64,000 nucleotides of DNA, taken from contig JACVGT010000014.1 in assembly GCA_018992685.1 (NCBI GenBank), positions 67,349 through 131,348 of the forward strand, given 5' to 3'. The position numbers were made by a program, and so were the translations under genes. This document shows positions 48,775 through 61,173 of the stretch, piece after piece. The notes beneath the pieces are model-generated. The model was given only the letters and a program-made list of their open reading frames with translations, searched no databases and was not told the DNA's origin. The first letter of the stretch is position 1. The number at the start of each line of letters is the position of its first letter. The DNA is from Theionarchaea archaeon. Its GTDB lineage: Archaea > Methanobacteriota_B > Thermococci > Methanofastidiosales > SZ-28-30.

Positions 48775-49479
48775 ATGAGAAGAGTCAAGACGGGTGTTCC
48801 AGGATTGGACAAAATGCTGCACGGAGGATTGATAGCGGGGAGGCCATACGTCATTGCAGGCCCTCCCGGTTCAGGGAAGACTATTCTGGGTATGCATTTT
48901 TTACTCCAGGGAATTGAAGATGGGGTCAGGGGGCTGTACATTTCATTATCTGAACCAGCAGGAGAAATAAGAGACAACATGAGTGCCTTTGGATGGGACA
49001 TCTCCCGCGTAAGAATTCTGGATGTATCTCCTGAGGGGGGGACAGGTGTGTGGGTACTCCCCACAGATGGACTACTGGAGAGTGTTCGGTTCAATGTGGC
49101 CAACCTCAATAATCTGATAACCTCTGAATTGACCGTGCATAAGGTGGGGAATATTGTCATTGATTCCATTACTGCCCTGAAAGAGTTGTGTGAAAGAGAG
49201 AGGGACATACGGGTGGATCTGTTATCTCTCATGAATTACCTTTCAGAAAATAGGTGTACATCCCTTCTCATAAGCGAGTCTCTAGGAGAGGCTGTAGAGG
49301 TGGAAAGCTTCCTGGCCAGGGGAACGGTGAGACTACAGACAGTTTTCCTCAATGGCAAGAGAAAGCGCTCCATCCTGGTAGAGAAAATGAGGGGAACCGG
49401 ATTTGATGAAGAAGCGCGCCCCATGAAGATAACAAGAAGGGGCATTGAGGTATATCCTTCTGAATCTCTGCTGGAATAA
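48775..49479 (+). CDS. KaiC/RAD55-family single-domain ATPase
   Basis: TGVPGLDKML, GPPGSGKT, VIDSIT, EKMRGT. Confidence 0.93.
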   Translation: MRRVKTGVPGLDKMLHGGLIAGRPYVIAGPPGSGKTILGMHFLLQGIEDGVRGLYISLSEPAGEIRDNMSAFGWDISRVRILDVSPEGGTGVWVLPTDGLLESVRFNVANLNNLITSELTVHKVGNIVIDSITALKELCERERDIRVDLLSLMNYLSENRCTSLLISESLGEAVEVESFLARGTVRLQTVFLNGKRKRSILVEKMRGTGFDEEARPMKITRRGIEVYPSESLLE

Positions 49480-49523
49480 TCATATCTAAAAGAATCAGAA
49501 ATAAAACAAAAGAAAAAAGGGGA

Positions 49524-49967
49524 TCAATGCATCGTTGAGCACCCAAGTGCGGGACCCAGGCTGCCTGGATTGTACGGCACTGGAATGAAGGCTGCGTATA
49601 CGGTATTGGTCCCATATTCGTTGCTTGCAGAGACACCGATGTAGGCAACCTTTCCCTGTTCACTATCACTGATTGACAGGGGGATTCTCTCGAATAGATC
49701 TGGCCCAAACTTCGGATCGTATCCAGGGACTGGGATACCATTAAATTCAATGTATAACTCATTCGTGGTACCTGATGCATACACCAAGAGGTAGATAATA
49801 CCTCCATTTGGAATAGACGGCAGCTCAACCTCTCTGCACTGTTCAGGGTGAACGAACATTGTAACCTGTTTGGGATGGATAATGGCTACTCGTGGAACTT
49901 CATTTGCGCCTACAAATGATGTAAAGATCACCAAAGCAACAAAGGCTGCAAATATTCCTTTTTTCAC
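49524..49967 (-). CDS. Secreted hypothetical protein, paralog A
   Basis: Signal peptide; aligns end to end with 50154-50609. Confidence 0.8.
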   Translation of the reverse strand: MKKGIFAAFVALVIFTSFVGANEVPRVAIIHPKQVTMFVHPEQCREVELPSIPNGGIIYLLVYASGTTNELYIEFNGIPVPGYDPKFGPDLFERIPLSISDSEQGKVAYIGVSASNEYGTNTVYAAFIPVPYNPGSLGPALGCSTMH

Positions 49968-50153
49968 ATTTACACCTCTTTCTTACTTTATATTTGATTT
50001 AATCCTTTATATACCTTTCGTTTTCTATAAAAATTTACTTTACCCGGAATTAGCAGGAGATGTCCTTCCTGGAGTGCAAAGGGGAGAGATACGAGGAATG
50101 AGAAGGGAAGCGGTTGAAAAAAGGATGAAAGAGAGATGGAAAAGCCAGCCCAG

Positions 50154-50609
50154 TCAGTACATTGTGGTACACCCGTAGGCAGCAGTCATCTCGCCGCCCC
50201 CTGTGGGAATGGGTATGAATACTGAATACACCGTGTTTGCCCCGTATTGGTTGACAGCGCGGGCCATGACGTAACAGGGCTTGTGTTGATACTGTTCTTC
50301 GATGATGACAGGAATAATCTCCAGGGTTTCAGGAGTGACTTTTGGATAGTAGATAATGGTGCCCGTTTCGTCCCTGATGGATTGGCCATTGAATTCGATA
50401 TAGAGCTCATGGGCTCCACTGGTATACACCTGGAGGTAAACAGTCCCATCATTGGGAATAGAAGGGAGTTCTCTGCTCTCGCAGATAGGGGGATAGATGA
50501 ATACTTTCGCCTGTTGCGGACGCTGAATAGCTACTCGGGGAACACTTCCCGCCTGTACTGCTGATGCTGTAAGGAGGATCAGCACCAGGACTCCAATCAC
50601 GTTCTTCAT
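50154..50609 (-). CDS. Secreted hypothetical protein, paralog B
   Basis: Signal peptide; shares VPRVAI, ELPSIPN, ELYIEFNG, NTVY, GCxTM with paralog A. Confidence 0.8.
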   Translation of the reverse strand: MKNVIGVLVLILLTASAVQAGSVPRVAIQRPQQAKVFIYPPICESRELPSIPNDGTVYLQVYTSGAHELYIEFNGQSIRDETGTIIYYPKVTPETLEIIPVIIEEQYQHKPCYVMARAVNQYGANTVYSVFIPIPTGGGEMTAAYGCTTMY

Positions 50610-51025
50610 GGGAACACCTTTTTCTCTCTTTGGAGAAGGAATATATAGACTTTTCTTTTACAGAAAAGGAGTCGAGGTTTCTCTTTGCAGTCCAGGTTGC
50701 GGTGGATACTTGGAGGCTGCAAACGATAGAGAAGAACTTTCAAGCATGCATTTTCAGATTGTGGCTCGGTCCTTTGATGGAAGATCCGCTCCCAGGACTC
50801 TAATCCGTGGCACGTGTACCCTTGGAATACGGTGGATAATCAACATAGCAAGGAATCCTGGACACACAAATGGCAGAACTCCGAATTTGCCCAATTCGAC
50901 AGCATCGTGACAAGGAAACTCATCATTATCCACCGAGTTTCGAATAGATTCATGCAGAAAAAGACTGGAAAATCCCTTCACAAGAAGAGCCATAACCTTA
51001 TATAGGAATGTGAACAATAGTTATC

Positions 51026-52234
51026 ATGAAAATTGGAGAAGCCTTAGTAGGGGATGGACTGGAAGTCGCTCATATTGATCTGATTATTGGAGAAAAGGAC
51101 AGTGCAGTTGGGCAGGCTTTTGTAAGCAGCCTTGCTCAGCCTTCCTACGGTCATACCCCTATGCTGGGCGTCATACGTCCCAACCTGCCCTCTAAACCAT
51201 CCACCCTTATTGTGCCCAAAGTCACCATAAGAGGGTTCAAAGATGCAGGAAAAATGTTCGGCCCTGCCCAGGCAGGAGTTGCCAAGGCAGTGGCTGATGC
51301 AGTGGAGGAGGGACTGATTCCACGAGAACACTGCGAGGACTGGGTTGTCATTGTTTCTGTGTTTATTCACAAAGATGCTTCAGATTATCGGAAGATTTAT
51401 CAATATAACTACGGAGCAACGAAACTGGCCATAAAGAGGGCCATGGAAGACTATCCTTCGGTTGAGAAAGTCATAAGAGAGAAGGATAGGGCTACTCACC
51501 CCATCATGGGATTCAGAGTGTACCGGCTGTGGAATTCACCCTATCTGCAGGTTGCTCTTGACCTGACCAGCGAAGAACAGGTCAAGAATATCATCGAAAA
51601 ACTGCCTCTCAGGGAGCGATTGCTGCTGGAAGCGGGTACGCCTCTCATAAAGAACTGCGGCATTGAAATCGTGGAAAAGATTAGGGCAATGCGACAGGAA
51701 TCTTTCATTATTGCAGACCTGAAAACACTGGATGTGGGAAGGTTAGAGGTGAAAATGGCAGCAGATGCAACAGCAGATGCAGTGTGTATTTCAGGACTCG
51801 GTCCCAATGCATCGGTGGAAAAATCCATTCAGGAAGCGTACAGGCAGGGCATTTACTCGATTGTGGACTTTATGAATGTTACAGATATTGAGAAAAAACT
51901 GAAATCTCTGAAATATAAGCCCGATATCGCCCTCATTCACCGCAATGTGGATGTGGAGACTGCGGCCAGAGAACGAGGGGAGGAGCCGGAGACCAAATGG
52001 GGAAATATTACAGCTATCAAGAAGCTGGTCAAGCTTGTTTCAGTGGCAGGCGGCATCACGCCTCAGACCTGTGGAGAGGCACTGGACAAAGGTGCTGATA
52101 TTATAGTAGTTGGCAGGTACATTATCAGGTCGTATGATCCCTACCAGGCAGCCCGGGACTTCTTGGAGAAAATGCCTCCTGATCCTGATACTATGCGACT
52201 AATCCTGGACGAAGATGAAGTGGTAGGAACATAA
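51026..52234 (+). CDS. fae-hps: Bifunctional formaldehyde-activating enzyme / 3-hexulose-6-phosphate synthase
   Basis: [36 protein letters not shown]; [25 protein letters not shown]. Confidence 0.95.
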   Translation: MKIGEALVGDGLEVAHIDLIIGEKDSAVGQAFVSSLAQPSYGHTPMLGVIRPNLPSKPSTLIVPKVTIRGFKDAGKMFGPAQAGVAKAVADAVEEGLIPREHCEDWVVIVSVFIHKDASDYRKIYQYNYGATKLAIKRAMEDYPSVEKVIREKDRATHPIMGFRVYRLWNSPYLQVALDLTSEEQVKNIIEKLPLRERLLLEAGTPLIKNCGIEIVEKIRAMRQESFIIADLKTLDVGRLEVKMAADATADAVCISGLGPNASVEKSIQEAYRQGIYSIVDFMNVTDIEKKLKSLKYKPDIALIHRNVDVETAARERGEEPETKWGNITAIKKLVKLVSVAGGITPQTCGEALDKGADIIVVGRYIIRSYDPYQAARDFLEKMPPDPDTMRLILDEDEVVGT

Positions 52235-52381
52235 TTCTCAGTGATTTCTTTTCTTCTCTCTCTCATTTGCTGATACGTACGATAGGCTATTTGTAACAGT
52301 ACCTGATTGTATTCAGCTACCAGTTACCAAAACATTTATATTGCGTCGATTAGTAGTATATGTTAATGTTACAGATAAGAG

Positions 52382-52681
52382 GTGATGAACATGCCAATTG
52401 CTCTTGCACCTGTTGATAGAATCTTGCGGAAAGCGGGAGCTGAAAGAGTGTCAAGAGATGCTGCTCTTGAACTGAGAGAAATCGTAGAGAATTTTGCACA
52501 CAGGATTGCTAAAGAAGCTGTCAAGAGATCCAGTGAATCCGGGAGAAAGACAGTATTCAAAGAAGACGTCCTGCAGGCACCGGCATCAGTGGTGGGAAGA
52601 GTTAAAGAGAACATCTTGATAGATGTAGAGACGGAGATTTTGAGGGAGCTTGAAGATCTAATACCCCCTCGGCAAGGATAA
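52382..52681 (+). CDS. Archaeal histone with C-terminal extension
   Basis: LAPVDRILRKAGAERVS...GRKTVFKEDV histone fold plus about 30 extra residues. Confidence 0.88.
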   Translation: MMNMPIALAPVDRILRKAGAERVSRDAALELREIVENFAHRIAKEAVKRSSESGRKTVFKEDVLQAPASVVGRVKENILIDVETEILRELEDLIPPRQG

Positions 52682-52791
52682 TAGCCTCATATCCCCTCTC
52701 CTTTTTTGTTGGTGCCGCTCAGACAGACTGTTTGCCCCTGATTTGCTAGAGTGACAGAAACCTTTTTAAAACAGAATCACAGACTACTTCC

Positions 52792-53091
52792 ATGGAAATT
52801 CAGATTCTCGAAGAAAAGAACAATCCATTACTGGAACGCAGAGAAATTCAGCTGAGGATAATTCAGGATGCGGGGAGTCCCAAAATAGCTGATGTGAGAA
52901 GGAAGATCGCCGCTCAGCTCTCACTGGATGAGTCTTTGTTCGTAGTTCAGAACGTGAGGGCAGAATATGGGATGAATGAATCACGCTGCCTGCTCAAGGT
53001 GTATGCGTCAAAGAACCGGCTGCAGACGGTGGAGGCAGATCACGTCATCAAAAAGAACGGGCTCGTGGAGGGATCTGATGAAAGCAAATGA
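52792..53091 (+). CDS. rps24e: 30S ribosomal protein S24e
   Basis: [22 protein letters not shown]. Confidence 0.93.
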   Translation: MEIQILEEKNNPLLERREIQLRIIQDAGSPKIADVRRKIAAQLSLDESLFVVQNVRAEYGMNESRCLLKVYASKNRLQTVEADHVIKKNGLVEGSDESK

Positions 53092-53230
53092 ACTGTATGA
53101 GCTAAAAGACGGCAAATTGACTAGAAAGAATCCTCTGTGCCCTCGCTGTGGTCAAGGAACTTTCATGGCAGACCATGGAGATCGCCTCACCTGTGGAAGA
53201 TGTGGATATACCAAGTGGAAAGGTACTTGA
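53078..53230 (+). CDS. rps27ae: 30S ribosomal protein S27ae
   Basis: [25 protein letters not shown]. Confidence 0.95.
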   Translation: MKANELYELKDGKLTRKNPLCPRCGQGTFMADHGDRLTCGRCGYTKWKGT

Positions 53231-53377
53231 GCCTGGTTGAGTTCCCGACTAGTTTTTCCGGCAGAGTTGTCTGGTAGAGGAATACTCTTTTTTGAGCAGA
53301 GTGGTACCGAGAGATGACATGAAAGGGTCTTTGGGGACATGCAAAAGTATCTTATACTCTGAGGTCTTTTCTGAGAC

Positions 53378-54346
53378 ATGATTTGCCTGGGTATCGAAAG
53401 TACTGCGCACACTTTTGGAGTGGGAATTGTCACAGAAGATGAAGTTCTGGCCAATGAAAGTGATAGTTATTCAGGAGTCGGTATCCATCCCAGAGAAGCT
53501 GCAGATCATCATGCGGAAGTGGCAGGACGCGTATTGAAACAGGCGTTGAAGAAGGCAGATATTGGGGTTACTGATACTGATGTAGTTTCCTTTTCAAAAG
53601 GGCCTGGGTTGGGTCCCTGTTTGAGAATTGCAGCTACGTGTGCACGTACCATATCGCTGCAGTCCGGAATTCCCATCGTAGGAGTGAACCACTGCATTGC
53701 ACATGTGGAAGTGGGAAGGTGGGTAACAGAAGCCTGTGACCCCGTTACATTATATGTTTCGGGAGGTAATACACAGATCATCGCATATGCAGGTGGAAGA
53801 TACAGAGTATTCGGAGAGACTCTGGATATTGGGATTGGAAACATGCAGGATATCTTCGGCAGGGAAGCAGGATTGCCCTTCCCATGCTACAGGGAGATGG
53901 ACAAAATGGTGAGGACAGGTGTGTACATACCAGGGCTTCCGTACACAGTAAAAGGGAATGACTTTTCGTTCTCAGGGCTGCTAACACAGGCACTGAAAAT
54001 GGTTCAGGAACACACCGTGGAAAATGCAGCCAAGTCGCTCATGGAAAATGCATATGCCATGGTGGTAGAGGCTACTGAACGAGCCATGGCGCATACCGAG
54101 AAAACAGAATTGCTGCTGACAGGAGGCGTTGCTGCTTCTCCTCGGCTGCAGGAGATGTGCTGCACCATGTGCAGAGAAAGAGATGCTTCTTTCTATGTAC
54201 CTCCTCACAGTCTGTGTAGGGACAATGGTGCCATGATTGCCCACCAGGGACTGCTAGAATACTCCCATGGGAAAAGAATGAGGCTGGAAGATACAGTAGT
54301 CAGCCAAAAATGGAGGACTGACGAAGTTGAAATCACCTGGCGTTGA
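53378..54346 (+). CDS. kae1: tRNA N6-threonylcarbamoyltransferase Kae1
   Basis: GIESTAHT, HCIAHVE, YVSGGNT, ETLDIGIGN, DNGAMIA. Confidence 0.96.
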   Translation: MICLGIESTAHTFGVGIVTEDEVLANESDSYSGVGIHPREAADHHAEVAGRVLKQALKKADIGVTDTDVVSFSKGPGLGPCLRIAATCARTISLQSGIPIVGVNHCIAHVEVGRWVTEACDPVTLYVSGGNTQIIAYAGGRYRVFGETLDIGIGNMQDIFGREAGLPFPCYREMDKMVRTGVYIPGLPYTVKGNDFSFSGLLTQALKMVQEHTVENAAKSLMENAYAMVVEATERAMAHTEKTELLLTGGVAASPRLQEMCCTMCRERDASFYVPPHSLCRDNGAMIAHQGLLEYSHGKRMRLEDTVVSQKWRTDEVEITWR

Positions 54347-54366
54347 TTGCCTGCATCATACAGACA

Positions 54367-55437
54367 TCATACTCGCACAATATTGAACCCTGCTGATTTT
54401 CTCAACCTATTCATGATTGCCAATCCAATCTCGGCAGTGACTACCCCTTCTGCTATGATAATATCCACTCCTTGTTCATCGAAAGCACGAAGCACATCAA
54501 ACAAGTTCCTGGCTACAGTTCCCAGGTTCCTGCGGGAACCTACTACCTTAATGAGACCCTGATTGTAGCAATGCGCTGTTTCTTCGGTTGCCATTACTCC
54601 TACCTTCAGTCCTTGACGTATTTTCTGGTTCAGGAGCTGGTTAATTTTTTCTACCATGGGCCCTACCTGACCTTCCACCACAATCACTTCAGCATGAGGT
54701 GAGTAATGTTTGTACTTCATGCCAGGTGCGCGGGCTTCTGCTTCCGTTTTTGCTGCTGCAGCTGCTACAGGATGAACCTCCACGTTACCCAGAACTGCTC
54801 TAAGATCTTCTAGAGTAATGCCCCCCGGTCTCAGAATAGTGGGCACCTCCCCTGTTAGATCAAGAACAGTAGACTCAACTCCCACATCACACGGCCCTCC
54901 ATCAAGGAGAACTTCTATCTTTCCTGCCAGGTCTTGATACACATGCTGAGCTGTGGTGGGACTTACCCCACCTGAGATATTTGCGCTGGGAGCAGATATG
55001 GGAACCCCTGATTCAGCAATGAGTGCCAAAGCTACGTTGTGATCAGGCATCCTCACTGTTATCTCATCTATGTTCTCCGGTCTGGGCACATGTGGGGCTT
55101 TCTTCAGCAGCAACGTGAGGGGTCCAGGCCAGAACCGTTTGGTTAATACCTCTGTGGAATCTGGTATTTCCCTTGCCAAATCATACACTGCATCTTTCTC
55201 AGACACATGGACAATGAGTGGATTGTCATATGGTCTGTTTTTGGCCTGGAAGATTCTCAAGACAGCTCTGACGTCGAAAGTATTTGCACCCAGCCCGTAC
55301 ACTGTTTCTGTGGGAAATGCAACCAATCCACCTTCCCTAATCACCTGTGCTGCAATCCTGATTTTGTAGAGTTCCGGGGTTTCCCTGTCCACAGTAATGA
55401 CCTGGGTTTTCACGACGGGTCCAGTCTTCGTTTCCAT
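54367..55437 (-). CDS. sua5: Threonylcarbamoyl-AMP synthase Sua5
   Basis: FPTETVYGL, KNRPYDNPLIVH, APSANISG, PGMKYKHYSP. Confidence 0.96.
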   Translation of the reverse strand: METKTGPVVKTQVITVDRETPELYKIRIAAQVIREGGLVAFPTETVYGLGANTFDVRAVLRIFQAKNRPYDNPLIVHVSEKDAVYDLAREIPDSTEVLTKRFWPGPLTLLLKKAPHVPRPENIDEITVRMPDHNVALALIAESGVPISAPSANISGGVSPTTAQHVYQDLAGKIEVLLDGGPCDVGVESTVLDLTGEVPTILRPGGITLEDLRAVLGNVEVHPVAAAAAKTEAEARAPGMKYKHYSPHAEVIVVEGQVGPMVEKINQLLNQKIRQGLKVGVMATEETAHCYNQGLIKVVGSRRNLGTVARNLFDVLRAFDEQGVDIIIAEGVVTAEIGLAIMNRLRKSAGFNIVRV

Positions 55438-55572
55438 TTCAACATCCTCACGCTGTAGATCTATTCTCCTAATGAGTATACAAGTATATAAGTACTGGGC
55501 AGGTAATCAGGAAAAGGAATTCATAAGCCAAAGAAGTCAAAAAGATTCAGGCTTCCTTCGTGATGTGATTGG

Positions 55573-56190
55573 ATGATACGTATCAGGAAAGGTGCAGAAG
55601 CTGACCTGTATCTCACAGAGTTTTCAGCATTGTATTTCCCCTGGAACAGTGAAAAGGTCCTCATTAAGAAAAGAATCAGCAAAGGGTACAGACAACCAGA
55701 GCTTGATCATGAACTCAGGCAGAGAAGGACGATCCATGAAGCAAAGCTTCTTCATGAAGCCAAAGCATATGTTCATACCCCCGTTCTCTATGAGATAGAC
55801 ACAGAAGACTGTACCATCACAATGGAGTACGTTGAGGGAGCGAGGGCGAAAGATGACATGACAGAAGACATGGCAGAAGAGATTGGTGCGTGCATTGCCC
55901 GCCTACATGAAGGAGGAATTGTGCATGGCGATTTAACCACCTCTAATATCATTCTGAAAGGGTCCCGCATCTACTTCATTGATTTCGGACTGGGAGAAGT
56001 CACCACGGAAATAGAGCCTCAGGCAGTTGATTTGCATCTTTTGAAACAGGCCCTAGAGAGCACTCATTATACACACTGGAGGAAATTATGGAAGAAAATT
56101 CTGGAAGGATACAAAACTCGTTCTGGATCCCATGATGTAATTAAAAGGATCAGAGAAATCGAGAAAAGGGGACGATATTCCAAACGTTAG
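55573..56190 (+). CDS. bud32: KEOPS kinase Bud32
   Basis: GAEA, KKRISKGYR, HGDLTTSN, IDFGL, RGRY. Confidence 0.95.
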   Translation: MIRIRKGAEADLYLTEFSALYFPWNSEKVLIKKRISKGYRQPELDHELRQRRTIHEAKLLHEAKAYVHTPVLYEIDTEDCTITMEYVEGARAKDDMTEDMAEEIGACIARLHEGGIVHGDLTTSNIILKGSRIYFIDFGLGEVTTEIEPQAVDLHLLKQALESTHYTHWRKLWKKILEGYKTRSGSHDVIKRIREIEKRGRYSKR

Positions 56191-56477
56191 GGCTCCAGTC
56201 CCTCATACCTTTTCTGTTTGGTTGCAAGGCTTTCCAGCACTTCTGTGAGCTTATTAATGTGTTCTTTGAGCCGCATGGTATCCTTGGCCATGAGCTCAGT
56301 CCGTTCTTTGAGCTTTTCTATCTGTCTTCCCTGTTCAGCTATCTTCCTTTCAAGGTTTCCCGTGTTTTCTGCCTTTTTGCCCTGAAGATAATTAATGTAT
56401 CGTTCCAGCTTTTTTTGATGTTCCCGCAATTCCTCAACATCATGAAATAAACGGGGCAATCGGTAGCTGTAATCCAT
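56187..56477 (-). CDS. Coiled-coil hypothetical protein
   Basis: Heptad-rich 96-aa ORF; CTTATAT box upstream. Confidence 0.6.
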   Translation of the reverse strand: MDYSYRLPRLFHDVEELREHQKKLERYINYLQGKKAENTGNLERKIAEQGRQIEKLKERTELMAKDTMRLKEHINKLTEVLESLATKQKRYEGLEP

Positions 56478-56651
56478 AAATCTTGTGGTAAGACCGGATA
56501 TATAAGTCTTGTGCTGTGATGAGATCAACGATCACTTGAGAGATCATACCGTGGAGAACTACAGAGTTTACCAATGCCAATGGACTACCAAAAGGTTTAT
56601 ATTTACAGTCATAAGGTATTTTATGAGAATTAATGTTCTACGAGGAGGGGT

Positions 56652-58793
<2,142 letters not shown>

Positions 58794-58970
58794 ACGGATG
58801 TATACGATTCACCTTAAAAGGTGTTTTGCTAGCATCATTTTTGGCAGGAGGAACCGATCCAACGGAGAGGATGGGTGTGATTAACCCACCAGATTATCCC
58901 GAAGCTAGATTCAACATATGCTGGAACCGGCAGCAAAATGGCCTTCCGAAATTTTCAAGTGAACTTCGAT

Positions 58971-58991
58971 ATTTCCACTCTATATGGAAAT
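58971..58991. promoter_or_regulatory. 7-7-7 inverted repeat, candidate operator upstream of the terpene cyclase locus
   Basis: ATTTCCA-ctctata-TGGAAAT, about 80 nt before an AAACCTTTTAAA BRE/TATA box. Confidence 0.3.
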
Positions 58992-59300
58992 TTTACAGAA
59001 AAAACATCAATCCTTCGGTAAGATGATTGCAATTCCTTCAACGAAAAAAACAACTGCATGTTGGTACCATAAACCTTTTAAAGGGGACTCAACCAATGTG
59101 AAAGCGGAGGAAAAGGATGAGAGACAAGGTACTGTGTAGAGGACGAGCTAGACAGAATGTGGCTCGGGCAAGAGCCGTCTTTTTATCAGATAGGAATTTG
59201 TCATTGGACAGAAATAACCACTTTAGAGTCTTTTTCAGATATTTCTGCTCATTATTCCTCTATACCTTTGGTACCCCTCTCAGACAAGGGAGGTGTGAAG

Positions 59301-59528
59301 ATGAAGATGAAGATGAGTATAGATGAGTTTTTGGATTTTTTTGATCTCGGTGGGACCCAGATGCGAGGAAAAATCCAAAGGGTTTTTCCTGAGGGCGTCC
59401 CAAAGCCGGAATTGGACACTATTTGTGCAGCAGATTCCCTTTTCAGGAGATCTGTAATTGATTTTGGCGGTTTGAGCTCGCATTCCGGAGGTGGGAAATA
59501 TGCAAAACACGGTTTTGCAGTCAACTGA
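59301..59528 (+). CDS. Small ORF or gene remnant directly upstream of the cyclase
   Basis: GGAGGTG RBS then MKMKMSIDEFLDFFDLGG...; overlaps the cyclase start. Confidence 0.35.
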   Translation: MKMKMSIDEFLDFFDLGGTQMRGKIQRVFPEGVPKPELDTICAADSLFRRSVIDFGGLSSHSGGGKYAKHGFAVN

Positions 59529-60969
59529 AATTGTGAAACATGACGGAGGAAAAATGAGCAGTTCAGCATATGATACTGCGTGGGTGGCACGGGTCACAGA
59601 CCAACAGGGGACATCAGTATTTCCAGAATGTGTTCAATGGATTCTGGAAAACCAGAAACAGGATGGAAGCTGGGGCAGTCAGATTCTGGATTATCATGAC
59701 AGGATACTTTCTACCTTGAGTGCCATCATAGCTCTCAAAGAGCTAGATGGGATTCGGTACAAGGACCATATCCAGAAAGGAGAAAGCTACATCTGGAGGA
59801 ACATGAGGAAAATGAGGAAGGACAACTGTGTATTCGTCGGAGGAGAGCTCCTCTTGCCTTCACTCATGGAACACGCAGAATCAATAGGGCTGAATCTTCC
59901 ATATTACGTGAAAGTCTATGAGAGGAAGTGCAGGGCAAAACTTGAGAAAATTGACAGATCCTTATGGTATTCGCCCTTAACATCTCTTTCATTCTCGTTT
60001 GAATTTTTGGGAGATGAGGTGGATGTGGAGCGCCTGCCATACATCAGACTGCCCAATGGGTCTGTGGGGAACTCCCCTGCAGCCACTGCTTTCTACCTCA
60101 AACATAGAAAGGATGAGGAGGCTGTCCAGTATCTGAGGAGAATTCTCTGCCTAAGAGGAGATGGCTCAGTCATGGAAGCATTCCCCATTGAAGCATTTGA
60201 ATTGGGATGGGTCATGTACAACCTTATGCTGGCAGGTCTTTATCTTGAGCAATACAATGAAATCTGCACGTATCTGACGAAAAACTTGAAGCCTTCAGGG
60301 ATTGGCATGTCTACAGGATTTCCCGTTCCAGATTTGGACGATACAGCAATACTCCTGAAAGCACTGCACAGAATGCAACACTGTGTAGATTTCAGCATAA
60401 TTGACGAATATGACATGGGGGAGTACTACGCCACGTACACCTTTGAGGTAGGTGCTTCAGTTAGCACTAACATTCACATGTTGGATCTTGTCAAGAGCTG
60501 CCCTCAATTTCCGCGGAGAAATGAGAACATAGATAAGTTGATAGCGTTCATTAAGAAAGAAATGCATTCTCCAGGTTATTGGGCCGATAAGTGGCACATT
60601 TCGCCGTATTATACCACCAGTCATGGAATCATGGCCTTAAGTGGGTTAGACTCAGACCTGGCTGGGAAAGCTGTATCCTGGATTCTGCAATCTCAAAACG
60701 AGAATGGAAAATGGGGAAGAAATGGAGGAACATTGGAGGAAACGGCATTGGCTTTGCAGGCCCTGATGTACTACCATCGCAACGTTGAACCCATTGACAT
60801 GGAAGGAATTTCCAAAGCCATGAAGTTTCTTCATGTCGATGTGTCTTCTCTGACCTCTCTGGATTTACCCGACATGTGGATATGCAAGGTCTTGTACACT
60901 CCCACACGAATTGTTCAATCTTCGATAGCTAGCACGCAATTACTGGGGGGAATAGAGAACTGTGGATAG
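59500..60969 (+). CDS. Class II (protonation-initiated) diterpene cyclase, beta-gamma didomain
   Basis: SSAYDTAWVA, QKQDGSWG, GSVGNSPAATA, catalytic DLDDTA, SVSTNIH, DKWHISPYYTT, QNENGKWG, EETALA; GGAGGTG RBS. Confidence 0.88.
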   Translation: MQNTVLQSTEIVKHDGGKMSSSAYDTAWVARVTDQQGTSVFPECVQWILENQKQDGSWGSQILDYHDRILSTLSAIIALKELDGIRYKDHIQKGESYIWRNMRKMRKDNCVFVGGELLLPSLMEHAESIGLNLPYYVKVYERKCRAKLEKIDRSLWYSPLTSLSFSFEFLGDEVDVERLPYIRLPNGSVGNSPAATAFYLKHRKDEEAVQYLRRILCLRGDGSVMEAFPIEAFELGWVMYNLMLAGLYLEQYNEICTYLTKNLKPSGIGMSTGFPVPDLDDTAILLKALHRMQHCVDFSIIDEYDMGEYYATYTFEVGASVSTNIHMLDLVKSCPQFPRRNENIDKLIAFIKKEMHSPGYWADKWHISPYYTTSHGIMALSGLDSDLAGKAVSWILQSQNENGKWGRNGGTLEETALALQALMYYHRNVEPIDMEGISKAMKFLHVDVSSLTSLDLPDMWICKVLYTPTRIVQSSIASTQLLGGIENCG

Positions 60970-61173
60970 CCTCCCGAGATGACGTCTCCCTATAGACACG
61001 ATGGGCCGTGGGGTTGTAGCTGAACAATTGGGAGCGCTTGTTTGAAGAATCCAGAAATGCCAGGTGCACCAGCTGACCGCATCAAATCGACCAGTGACAG
61101 TAACCCTGTTGATTTATATATCTGATAAGCCTTGTACTTTCATCACGATTGGAGATATCAGGAGGACTTTCAA

